DNA of 64,000 nucleotides from Eledone cirrhosa (Eukaryota). A program made the translations under genes and the position numbers. Each line of letters begins with the position of its first letter. The stretch's first letter is position 1. The stretch covers positions 80,228,001 to 80,292,000 of the forward strand of contig OZ024742.1 in assembly GCA_964016885.1 (NCBI GenBank). The letters run 5' to 3'. Shown here piece by piece: positions 15,385-25,899 of the stretch. The notes under the pieces were generated by a model that worked only from the letters and a program-made list of their open reading frames with translations, did not search any database and was not told the DNA's origin.

Positions 15385-15951
15385 CAATATATACCAGTTT
15401 TATAAATAAATATTGACATACCCTTACAAAATGCAACCGTTATTTTTGGAAGACATCGGGATAGTGGAGTTGTTTACTATTAGTAAGTCGTTGTTACAGA
15501 GATAGAAAAAAGACGGAGAGAAGAAAACGGAGAAAGAGAAAAGGGAGAAAGAAAGAAAAAACAAGAAACAAAAATAAACAAAAATAAATAAATAAATAAA
15601 TAAAATAAAAAAATATATATATATATAAAAAAAAATTAAAAAAAGAAGAAACAAAAAAAAGAAAAAAAGAAAAAGGAAAAAGAAAAAAAAGAGAGAGATA
15701 TCAAAACACCAGACAGAGAGAAAAAAATCGAGAGAGAAAAATATAGTGAGAGGGGGAGAGAACGAAAACCTTAAGTCATGTCATATTAAGTTAAGTTAAC
15801 AATTGAGATGAAATGAATCTTTTTTCCTTCTCTGTAACACAACGACTTACTAATATAAGTAAACAACTCCACTATCCCGATGTCTTCCAAAAGTAACGGT
15901 TGCATTTTGTAAGGGTATGTCAATATTTATTTATAAATCTGGTATATATTG

Positions 15952-16016
15952 TATTTTGTCTGATGAAAGAATACCGTAATTTAACATGGTATCCTTGAAA
16001 TATGTATAATAAAATA
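15952..16016 (+). ncRNA. Type-I hammerhead ribozyme (inverted pLTR copy)
   Basis: tattttgt-CTGATGA-aagaataccg...tggtatcctt-GAAA-tatgta-TA-ataaaata. Confidence 0.85.
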
Positions 16017-16103
16017 GATATGGTTTTATAAATATAATTTCCATTATTTACCTTATTATTCCACAATGCTTCAAGCAAACTTCAATACTCTCTTATATAT
16101 ATA

Positions 16104-16194
<91 letters not shown>

Positions 16195-16337
16195 TAGCGA
16201 GGTTTTTTTATATGAAATCGTGTGTCGAAACAAATATTGTTATACTTGGGGAGGGTCATATTTGTGTAATATTGCCAGAATTAATAACAGAACACACTCA
16301 CTGTTTGGTTGGTTTTCGCTTCTCGCAGTGGGTTTTC

Positions 16338-18719
16338 TTAAAAAGGGTAGGTTTTGCTGATCAGGGATTTTATGGTGGTTCCTGGCTTTTCTACCACCTT
16401 TATTTTTAAGTGGGTCTTTCTCAGGGCCTTTCCACACTGGTTAGCTAATTTCCCTCCAGAGGTGGCGTCCACAAACATAACACTCTGATATCTCTGGTTG
16501 TCGTACCATGATGTGGCCTTCCCTATCTTATGTCTAGCCCTATCTAAGCTATTCCATGATTTGCTCCTGTATAATGGGCAAATTCCTTTCATGTCCAGTT
16601 CTATGAGGGTCTTATACTTTTCCATGGCTCCTTCGTATACTCTGACTCTGTCTCTTTGGTTGTAGCCAGAGAACTGCATGCGGTTGATGAAGTGTTGGAT
16701 GTGTCCTTCCATTTCTGTTGGGTCGCACATGCTGGACACATTCTTCATCACTCGTACCAAATCAGCGATCAGAATATTAAACTTAGCACTACTGGACATT
16801 GCTGAGTTTTTGAGTATCAGGTATTTGGAGGCCATGGATTTAGCATAGTGTGAGTGGAGAATTTGGGCTCTCTCGTCTATAGTGTTAATCCAGAGTTCTG
16901 TGTCTAATACAGGTAGTCTATTGTTAGGGTGTTTGGAAGGGAAGTCGATAGTTACAGTTATACTCTGGTGTATGGAATTAGCTATCTGCTGGATGCTTTC
17001 CATCGTGCTACATTCTAAATCAAACTTGTTAGTGCTCTCTAGTGGGGGTGTTCTTATAACTATATTGATATCGTCTACATAACGAGAGTACATGATAAGG
17101 TCTATGTAGCTTTCATTCAGGAGATCTTTAAGTCTCCTTTCCCACCATACCATGAAAAGGTTGGCAACATCACCAGCTATGCTGACGCCGATGGCTGCTC
17201 CCTCATTTTGGGTGTAGATTTTCTCATTGAACTTAAATATGTGGCCCTTTAGGGTAGTTTTGATACTAGCCCCTATTGCATGTGCGACCATTTTTCTTAC
17301 CTGATCATTGTTTTGGGGGGTCCGTATAGCTTCGGTCCACCCAATCCACCTTCCCATGGGAGTCTTTCTTGCCATTGAGGTTATGGTGGGAGGTCTACCT
17401 CTTATAGGTCTACTAGGGCAGAAACATCTAAGGTCATGGCTGTCTAGGTAGTCAGTGTCGTAGGTAAGTCTAAGTAGGGGGCCCAGTTCGTCTGTGTCGA
17501 CGTCGCAGAACTCCACCTCACTCTCAATGATCATCTCCACACATCTTTTCACAGCAAAATCAATGTTAATGGATGGGTACAGTGACACCACATCCATGCT
17601 GCCTATTATGCAGTTGGATAGGCTCCTGTTTTTGTTGCACTCACTGATTCTGCTGAGGAGGTCCTCTGTACTTTCACATACATCTGGGGACATCTTGATT
17701 ATGGGGCGTATAACCATTGAGAGGAAGTAGGAGATCCTGTAGTTGCTAGCTATATTAGCTCCGCATACGGGTCTTGTTGGTGGTCCTGTTGTCGGGTCGT
17801 CGACTGTCTTGTGGTCTTTGCGGAGCCCATACAAGGGTGGTATGCCATTGTTAGACGCCTGGAAGTTGTTGGCAGTGCGTCTGCTTGGCTCTAGGATGTC
17901 AGTCCACATCATCATGTGAGCGTTGAGGATTTTTTCTCTCCCATCGTGTGTTTGTTGTGCAACTTCGCTCGTGTTGGTGATGTGGGGTTGCATAGCCTCG
18001 ATGTAGTTCGGCATGCTATCTATTGACATCCTACAAGACTTATCTGTGGGTAGACACACTACCTGACCATCCCTTGTGCGCTGCTTGAGGCTAACCAAGC
18101 CTTCTACAGGTTTCCTCCCAAGTTGTTGGGCCTGTGGTCTGCTCTGTCTCTTAGTATACCTGTCTACTACCTGTCTAATCTTATTTGTAGCTATGGTGAA
18201 CTGTGCCTCTGTCTCGTCATCTATTTGCTGTGGTATGCAAACTCTTTTATTAAAGGGTAACCTCGTAGGATAGATATTACCCATCTTATATGTTTTGTCA
18301 GCTGGGTTGAAAAATAGTTTCTCTAAGGGGTTGTCATTATATCTATCGTCATAGTTGTGTGTGTTGCTATTGTTGTTATCAGGGTGGTTGTTGTTGTTTC
18401 TATCATTAGCATTATTATTATTGTTATGATTGCTAGATGTATTGTTGTTTACTTCACCGTTATTGTTGTTGTTGTTACTGTTATTTCTACCATTGTGGTT
18501 GTTACTATTATTATGTTTCTTGTTTTTGTTGATGTTGCTACATGTACTATTTCCATTATTACCACTGTGGTTATTGTTGTTGTTGTTCGTATTGGTACCG
18601 TTATTACTACTGTGGTCGCTGTTGCTGTGTCTGTGGTTAATGTTTCTATTATTATTATTATTGTGGTTGTTGTTGTTCTGTCTATCGCTAGTATTATTAC
18701 CATTATCACTATTTCTCAC
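16338..18719 (-). CDS. PLE reverse transcriptase with Asn-rich low-complexity N-terminal region
   Basis: 793-aa open frame: PTDKS, PPLYGLRKDHK, TRPVCGA, GSMDVVSLYPSI, QNEGAAIG, YSRYVDD, LPVLD. Confidence 0.85.
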   Translation of the reverse strand: MRNSDNGNNTSDRQNNNNHNNNNNRNINHRHSNSDHSSNNGTNTNNNNNNHSGNNGNSTCSNINKNKKHNNSNNHNGRNNSNNNNNNGEVNNNTSSNHNNNNNANDRNNNNHPDNNNSNTHNYDDRYNDNPLEKLFFNPADKTYKMGNIYPTRLPFNKRVCIPQQIDDETEAQFTIATNKIRQVVDRYTKRQSRPQAQQLGRKPVEGLVSLKQRTRDGQVVCLPTDKSCRMSIDSMPNYIEAMQPHITNTSEVAQQTHDGREKILNAHMMMWTDILEPSRRTANNFQASNNGIPPLYGLRKDHKTVDDPTTGPPTRPVCGANIASNYRISYFLSMVIRPIIKMSPDVCESTEDLLSRISECNKNRSLSNCIIGSMDVVSLYPSINIDFAVKRCVEMIIESEVEFCDVDTDELGPLLRLTYDTDYLDSHDLRCFCPSRPIRGRPPTITSMARKTPMGRWIGWTEAIRTPQNNDQVRKMVAHAIGASIKTTLKGHIFKFNEKIYTQNEGAAIGVSIAGDVANLFMVWWERRLKDLLNESYIDLIMYSRYVDDINIVIRTPPLESTNKFDLECSTMESIQQIANSIHQSITVTIDFPSKHPNNRLPVLDTELWINTIDERAQILHSHYAKSMASKYLILKNSAMSSSAKFNILIADLVRVMKNVSSMCDPTEMEGHIQHFINRMQFSGYNQRDRVRVYEGAMEKYKTLIELDMKGICPLYRSKSWNSLDRARHKIGKATSWYDNQRYQSVMFVDATSGGKLANQCGKALRKTHLKIKVVEKPGTTIKSLISKTYPF

Positions 18720-19725
18720 TTTCCTGCCATTGTTATGGTTGTGGCTGTTATTTCTATACCCAGAGTTATTGTTTATATTACTACTACCGTTATTATTGTT
18801 GTTGTTGTTTACCTTTGCATTCCAACGTATTTATGTGAAACACTTTTCCAGCTCCGTTTTGCACTCCATAGGGTTAATCTTTTTGTAGATGGCAAATTTT
18901 GGTGGTAACCGTAGGATTTATTGTTCTTGTTCACTGATTAAAGTGTTCCCATAGATATTTACTGTGTGGTCATTGGTAAATTCTTCCGGTAGTTTTACAT
19001 CATACGGATATTGTCGATGTTATCTGGGTATTTTTGAGAATATTCGATTTTCCTTTCTTGTAGATTTTTCTTATTCATCCATTCTAATTTCTTCTTGAAA
19101 TGCCTATTGCATTCGTTTCGAGCGTATTTCGTTTCACGTCGGATGACGCTCATGAAGTTATCTCTCTCGTTTTCTGTGATGAGATTTCGGATTTACTTAC
19201 CGTTAATGCGTTTCTGTCTGTAGAGTGCGTTGAATTTTGTGTATGTTGTTCTTTTCATATTAACAGTTATTGTGTGTTTTAGTCGTTCGGCTTGTGTTTT
19301 GTTCAATAATAAATTATTTACTTGTTTTGATATGTTTGTTGTGTATATTTTGGAAAAAACACAGCGTTTTAAGAAGCGGATTTGTTCTGTTGTTATTGTA
19401 GTTTTTATATAACAGAAAACAGTGTCTTTCAATAACCTTTCAGCTTGGCACAAGCTAATGCCGTAGCGGCGATGAATTAGTTTAGCGAGGTTTTTTATAT
19501 GAAATCGTGTGTCGAAACAAATATTGTTATACTTGGGGAGGGTCATATTTGTGTAATATTGCCAGAATTAATAACAGAACACACTCACTGTTTGGTTGGT
19601 TTTCGCTTCTCGCTGTCTTTTATATCTGCGATCTAACATACTCGGTCCTCAATGTTGCCACCGACGGTCAAAAATAATACAGATACAATATAGACACAAA
19701 CACATATATATAGTTTACATAATTT

Positions 19726-19765
19726 ACATAAATCTTTCGTTGCACATCTGCAACATCGTCAGTGG
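19726..19765 (-). ncRNA. Minimal type-I hammerhead ribozyme with an extra U after A9
   Basis: cca-CTGACGA-t-gttgca-gatg-tgcaac-GAAA-gatt-TA-tgt. Core intact, helix I weak. A decayed homologue lies at 55343-55383. Confidence 0.7.
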
Positions 19766-20035
19766 TGTTATATTTTTTCCTCCTGTTGTGTTGTATGTCT
19801 ACGCCATTTTTTATTAAGTCTGTCTATATATTTATTTATTTATTTGCTTGTTTGTTTATTTTATTTTGTCTTCTTTGCGCATGCGTTTGCGTGTGTGTAT
19901 AGTGTTATGTTTGCTGTGTGACTAGTGTGTATAGTGTTGTGTCTGCTGGGTGACTAGTGTGTGTTTATGTGCTTGTTGTTATTGTACTTGTGTATGTATT
20001 TATTTATCTTATTTTATTTTATTTTATTTACTTAT

Positions 20036-20440
20036 TTATACTTCTCTTAGGTCAGTGTTGTTTGTTTGGGTGTTGTTATTGTTCCACTCATTCTTTCTGT
20101 TTAGCTTTGGTCTTCTAATTTCTATTTCACTGACCTCTCTGATTTGCCTATCTGCTGGGTCATTCCTATGTTTAGATATTATTCTAATTTCTATGTTGTC
20201 TATGTTACCGTCATGTTGTTGTCTAGCATGTTCGTATAGTACTGACCCGTTTTTTCGTCCTTTTAGTTCCTCCCAGTGTTGGTCTATCATTTCACCTATG
20301 CTACGAGCTGTCTCACCTATGTATGTTGTTGTCATGTTTCTGCAAGTACCCTCTGTACATCTTATGCTATAGACTACGTTTCTAGTTTTACAGTTTATCC
20401 GGGGTTCACCTTACATATGATACATTTCCTATTGGTACAG
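20036..20440 (-). CDS. GIY-YIG endonuclease domain of the upstream partial PLE copy
   Basis: HCTNRKCIIC...VYSIRC...TYIGETARSIGE..QH...EH...RQIRE...PKLNRKNEW. Confidence 0.8.
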
Positions 20441-20752
20441 TGGGTTTTCTTAAAAAGGGTAGGTTTTGCTGATCAGGGATTTTATGGTGGTTCCTGGCTT
20501 TTCTACCACCTTTATTTTTAAGTGGGTCTTTCTCAGGGCCTTTCTACACTGGTTAGCAAATTTCCCTCCAGTGGTGGCGTCCACAAACATGACACTCTGA
20601 TATCTCTGGTTGTTGTGCCATGATGTGGCCTTCCCTATCTTATGTCTAGCCCTATCTAAGCTATTCCATGAGAAAGACCCACTTAAAAATAAAGGTGGTA
20701 GAAAAGCCAGGAACCACCATAAAATCCCTGATCAGCAAAACCTACCCTTTTA

Positions 20753-20801
<49 letters not shown>

Positions 20802-20830
20802 AAAGAATAGAGGTGTATCACACAAGTTAT

Positions 20831-21160
20831 TATATATTGGTAAACGGAATAGAAAATGCTGACAAATTGTTCACAGTTGAAAAATGGTTTAATTAAGAAT
20901 AAAAGAGTATTAGTGATTGTATGGGTTAGTATTCAGTTGTGGTTTTAAGTTTTTACCGGTTGCTCTTATCAGAGCAAACAGCACGGACACTCTATCTCAA
21001 AATTATTTTTGAAAAGCATTTAGAAATGCGCAACCGGTAAAAACTTAAAAACTTAAAACCACAACTGAATACTAACCCATACAATCACTAATACTCTTTT
21101 ATTCCTAATTAAACCATTTTTCAACTGTGAACAATTTGTCAGCATTTTCTATTCCGTTTA

Positions 21161-21170
<10 letters not shown>
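20831..21170. repeat. Fold-back palindrome (~130-bp arms) with a U3-A8-type HHR (21006-21043, A13C change) at its centre
   Basis: Arms 20831-20963 and 21030-21170 are near-perfect complements. The centre reads ttt-TTGAAAA-gcattt-ag-aaatgc-GCAA-ccgg-TA-aaa. Confidence 0.8.
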
Positions 21171-21232
<62 letters not shown>

Positions 21233-21889
21233 CTTTCGTCAAATCGGACCGAGGAAACAATGTCTCCATTGGTCTTTCTAATTGCTAATACTATCTATCG
21301 GTCGCAACTCCAGGTTGAATATATATATATAACAGTAATCTGTTACCCCGTATATATATATATATGTGTGTTAGCGCATGCACATCCACACGTGTTTGTG
21401 TGTATAGATATACTTGCATACACCCCTGCTCACTTATAGTCATATGCACCTCCGGGCCTATGAGCTCGTATATTCCGTTAGTATGTACATATGCAGTGAT
21501 ACGGACATGTGTATGTGCAGGGTTGTGGGGGGGGGGACTACGTGTAATGCGGATAATATGTATGAGACCGTGTACCGGTGTACTAGATAACCAATATAGA
21601 TATCCATCCACGCGTACATATACTGAATGTATGTGTGTGTGGCTCGGTGTATCTTGTGTGTATGCGTGTGTGAGGTAATATATACGTGCATGTCTATTTA
21701 TATAGATATATGTATGAATGTGTTTTAATGCGTGTGTGTCTTTGTGTGTGTACACATGTATATTTATATTTTTAATAACAATTGTAATAATTGTCTATCT
21801 AAACTATAATAAAGTAAGGAGTGCGGGACTACGCATAGAATATATATGTTTTTATCACTTTTGTAAAACAAGTTGGAATACTTTGAATA

Positions 21890-22085
21890 AATAATTGTTT
21901 CTACTTTTGGCACAAGGCCAGCAATTATCCCAGTGCATTACTGGTACTTTATTTTATCGTCCCCGTAAGGATGAAAGGCAAAGTTAACCTAGGTGGGATT
22001 TAAACTCAGAATGGCAAGGGCCGTAACTCTATGCATCAAAGCATGGCGTCCAACCCTCTACCGATACTGCCAATTCACTGCCCAA
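21890..22085 (-). mobile_element. tRNA-derived SINE
   Basis: Minus strand A box tggcagtatcggtaga and B box gagtttaaatccc, a central ttaactttgcctttcatcctt..gggg.cgataaaat domain, and an (ATT)n-type tail. Confidence 0.85.
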
Positions 22086-22651
22086 ATACTTTGAATAAAT
22101 AATGAATGAATATTATATAATGTATCTACTAAATTTCGTTATTCTTCATTAAATATAAATAATTGTGTTGCTTATTTTAAGATTCACTTCTTTAACATTT
22201 TCAAATGTCAACACTTCCGGTTAGGGATTGTTTAAATAAACATTCATATATTTCCGTCACTAAATTTCCTCTTTTTTTAATGTATTCTGGATTATGTGAC
22301 TGATTATTTAACACAAGTGTAGCGTAGTCTTCGTTCAATTTCTGTGTATATTGTCAATTACGATTTTATTTGATGTATCATATCTACATGTATATATACT
22401 TGCGTATTATATCAATATGCACACTACACATGCTAGCAGGAAACCATCTGAAAGGTGGTTTTTCTGCTAGTATGTATAATTTAGAGTTGAATTTTGGCTA
22501 ACGTAACGCGGAGGTGGTAAAAAAGCGCATCTGCAAGAATTTAAAGTCCGCATCTCTCGATTTCTGTGTGAGTGCGATATTCATTAAGTTAATGAGTCTT
22601 TGGACATTGACGGCGATCTACTATAAGCTATTGAAACGGGTATTTATCCGG

Positions 22652-23146
22652 TTTACTTAATAATTGTTTCTACTTAATAATTGTTTCTACTTAATAATTG
22701 TTTCTACTTAATAATTGTTTCTACTTTTGGCACAGAGTCGTCAATTACCCCAGTGTATTACTGGTACTTTAATCTACCACGTAAGGATAAAAGGCAAAGT
22801 TAACCACGGTGTGATGTGAACTCAGACCGTAAAGGGCCGTATCTATGCAGCAAAGCATGGCGTCCAACCCCGATACTCCCAATCCAATAGCCTTATGGCG
22901 TCCGACCCTCTACCGATACTGCCAATCCACCGCTCTTTACTTAATAATTGTTTCTACTTTAGGCACAAGGCCAGCAATTACCCAGTGCATTACTGGTACT
23001 TTATTTTATCGACCCCGTAAGGATGAAAGGCAAAGTCAACCTCGGCGGGATTTGAACTCAGATCGTAAAGGGACGTAACTATGCTGGAAAGCATGGTGTC
23101 TGACCCTCTACCGATACTGCCAATCCACGCTCTTTACTTAATAATG
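22652..23146 (-). mobile_element. Two head-to-tail SINE copies with a stuttered 17-bp tail repeat and a repeated target sequence
   Basis: Copies at ~22710-22932 and ~22945-23130. (tacttaataattgtttc)x4 at 22654-22721. tttacttaataat occurs at 22652, 22936 and 23134. Confidence 0.85.
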
Positions 23147-23383
23147 ATTGGAAAAATGTTTAATTTAAAAGGTATTCACCCATCAAAGATAACCATAATA
23201 ATACTTAGTCCCTTTTAATTAATGTATGCTTAGTGTGAAAATAATGTGGCGGCACTTTGATAGGTTTCTCAAGTAATGCAATTTATCTTGAGACATGTCA
23301 TTTTCATAAGGATGAAATGGAACGTCTCCCTTCTAAACTTCAGAATTGCCGAATACTTTTTGTAATACATTTAATTATAAACA

Positions 23384-23600
23384 TTCTTCTTCTTCTTCTT
23401 CTTCTTCTTCTTCTTCTTCTTCTTCTTCTTCTTCTTCTTCTTCTTCTTCTTCTTCTTCTTCTTCTTCTTCTTCCTCCTCCTCCTCCTCCTCCTCCTCCTC
23501 CCCCTCCTTCTCCTCCCCCCCATCCCCTCCCTTTTCTTCTTCTTCTTCTTCTTCTTCTTCTTCTTCTTCTTCTTCTTCTTCTTCTTCTGCTTCTTCATCC
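23384..23600. repeat. (CTT)n/(CCT)n polypyrimidine microsatellite
   Basis: Directly visible. It is followed by (TA)n and (GA)n up to 23828. Confidence 0.95.
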
Positions 23601-23671
23601 TCAGTTATAACACTATAAAAAAAATATATATATAATATATATATACATATATACACATACACACACACACA

Positions 23672-23833
<162 letters not shown>

Positions 23834-23984
23834 ACACGGGTGTGTATGATTGTGTATAGAAGATTATATTAATAAAAGGAATTCCAACTTTGTCTGATTT
23901 ACTCGTTTTATTTACAATCCTTCAAAATTCATAATGGTATTAGAATGAAATAGTATGGTAGAATATTAAATGTTAAGTGTTAAT

Positions 23985-24023
23985 TGAACAAGTACTTTCA
24001 TGCTTTCGCAATCTTCAGGTACA
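23985..24023 (-). ncRNA. Minimal type-I hammerhead ribozyme (left arm)
   Basis: Mirror image of 24093-24131. Confidence 0.8.
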
Positions 24024-24092
24024 TATTGTGTGGTGACAGTCAAGTTTGCAATTTTCAATGAAAATTGCAAACTTGACTGTCACCACACAATA

Positions 24093-24131
24093 TGTACCTG
24101 AAGATTGCGAAAGCATGAAAGTACTTGTTCA
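24093..24131 (+). ncRNA. Minimal type-I hammerhead ribozyme (right arm)
   Basis: tgtac-CTGAAGA-t-tgc-gaaa-gca-t-GAAA-gtac-TT-gttca: GNRA-capped helix II, palindromic helix III (AGTACT), one mismatch in helix I. Confidence 0.8.
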
Positions 24132-24286
24132 ATTAACACTTAACATTTAATATTCTACCATACTATTTCATTCTAATACCATTATGAATTTTGAAGGATT
24201 GTAAATAAAACGAGTAAATCAGACAAAGTTGGAATTCCTTTTATTAATTTATATATATATGTAGAAGAAATGTATATATATCTATA

Positions 24287-24362
<76 letters not shown>

Positions 24363-24367
24363 ATATA

Positions 24368-24401
<34 letters not shown>

Positions 24402-24472
24402 TTCTTCTACATATATATATATATATTAATATGTGTAGATGTAAACACAGTAAACCCGTGTTTAAAATTATT

Positions 24473-24503
<31 letters not shown>

Positions 24504-25899
24504 GGAGTTTTGATTGTGTAAATATTTGTGGTTGAAATACAGTAGACACATTGGCAACAGTTGAATGACTGAAGCAAGTAGCATAATGAATAATAGTAAT
24601 TTAGTAAATTAGGCATGAGAGTATAACTGCTTATTCGTTTCATAAGTTAATCGATTATTATCAACTGTAAATGAATTCTAAAGAGAGTGTTCAGCCTCAA
24701 ACATTGTGAAAGAAAGTGTTTGGAAAGAACATTAAAAGATGAAGTAAACTATCAAAATGAAATAAAAGCAAATGCAATAGGTTACATTATATAATTCATT
24801 CCACGTCATATGAATCATGTTTGGTCACTAAAGCAAGTGGATAGCGTTAGAGCAAGTGTAAATTGTAAAAGTTGATTTAAACCCTGGTGCAACTGTTTTC
24901 TTCTTAAATTCAGAACATATATGTAAGTATATTTATATGGAGTTTGTCTGCTCGTTGCAGCGCTTGACCTCTTCTTGTACGTATAACTGTTCATTATTAT
25001 GGCGAGGTCTTAAATGATATTTGATGCCTGAAGGACTCAATTTTCTGTTTGTTTACTGTGACTTTGTTATTGCTGCCTCGCTCCTCCGCCTTACTTTTGT
25101 GATAAATATAGCATTCAAACTGGTCGACCACTATTAGATTCCAATAATTCACGCATGATATATGTGCGTGTGTGCTGAAACAACATAAGACAAACGTAAA
25201 ATAAACATACATTTTTGCATGAAGTATTTTTGAGAAAAGAAAGATAATCAATCCCACAGCTATTCCTATTAATCTCACTTTTATGTACTTTCCTTTTCGT
25301 TAAGGTTACTTCAAATCGTATCGCCCAACATGTTCCTATTTGCCGCAAGTGATTCAATACATATTTTAAGACATTTCAAATTTGATTTTCAAGAGGCTTT
25401 GTATCTTTTCTGGTACTGAATCTCAGTTTTAATACAGGACAAATGAAATAATGCGTTCAGAAATAGCACTGGGGAATTCCTGAATACAACTTAAATGTCT
25501 TTTTTTTAAAACAAATCCCACGCCAGCACCTCTCCTATGACATTCCGAGACACCATCCCAATAATAATGTAACTGAAATAATATACTGTTTTTCGGATTC
25601 TAAGAAACGGCCCGGGATATGTATTGTTTGTGTTTCTATCCTACTACTCTCAGGGCAGGGTGTTATATAAATGGATACTGCATTTTTAGAAAAGGTCCCT
25701 TTAACTAAGGCATGAAAGCGTCTCTTGTCATTCTGCAAGAAGGACGATGCGTTATGAATGCCTTTCTTGGGTCTAGACACATTGCAGTGTTTTGGTGCCT
25801 CAATCACTCCAGTCATGAATTTGGTTCTTCTCAGACCCGCGAAGTTTAATTTTTTTAGAGGCAGCCTTTACACGCTTCATCAGACCTACATCCTTGAGT

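Larger units (their letters stand above)
11630..16050 (-). mobile_element. Penelope-like element, Naiad-like, with partial-tandem pLTR and inverted 5' pLTR
   Basis: N-terminal SLKDIPLP...IRRIRWRA, RT motifs LDIANYYSSI, TMGS, GLYRDD, and C-terminal CNCR..CPL..CL..VVY..YVGST..FKSR..H GIY-YIG ending CRH. 11670-11830 repeats 15655-15818, and 15830-16045 is an inverted copy of 15292-15502. Confidence 0.85.
16191..20755 (-). mobile_element. Divergent Penelope-like element, partial tandem, with a short 5' inversion
   Basis: Upstream partial copy 20670-19600 holds the GIY-YIG and pLTR. It is followed by N-terminal ORF 19193-19546 (IRFLKRC) and the RT ORF 16338-18719. 16325-16557 repeats 20438-20669, 16191-16326 repeats 19479-19613, and 20670-20753 is an inverted copy of 20450-20533. 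(TA)n lies on both sides. Confidence 0.85.
23868..24248. repeat. Perfect palindrome, 189-bp arms, 3-nt loop (24057-24059), with one HHR per arm
   Basis: The arms are exact reverse complements as far as I can read. Confidence 0.95.

Noticed and set aside
18357-18908. Hydrophobic V/I/L-rich plus-strand ORFs resembling membrane proteins
   Set aside because: Antisense of the Asn-rich PLE tract.
19613-20438. Segment deleted from the downstream PLE copy looks like a GT...AG intron on the minus strand
   Set aside because: Clean GT-AG removal would give ccact-cgag, but the junction reads ccactgcgag. It fits 1-nt microhomology instead.
21230-21280. GAAAcaatgTC half-hammerhead after (TA)n
   Set aside because: The CUGANGA half is missing, so it cannot be called.
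22654-22721. Short direct-repeat array considered as CRISPR
   Set aside because: No spacers, eukaryotic context, and it is a SINE tail stutter.
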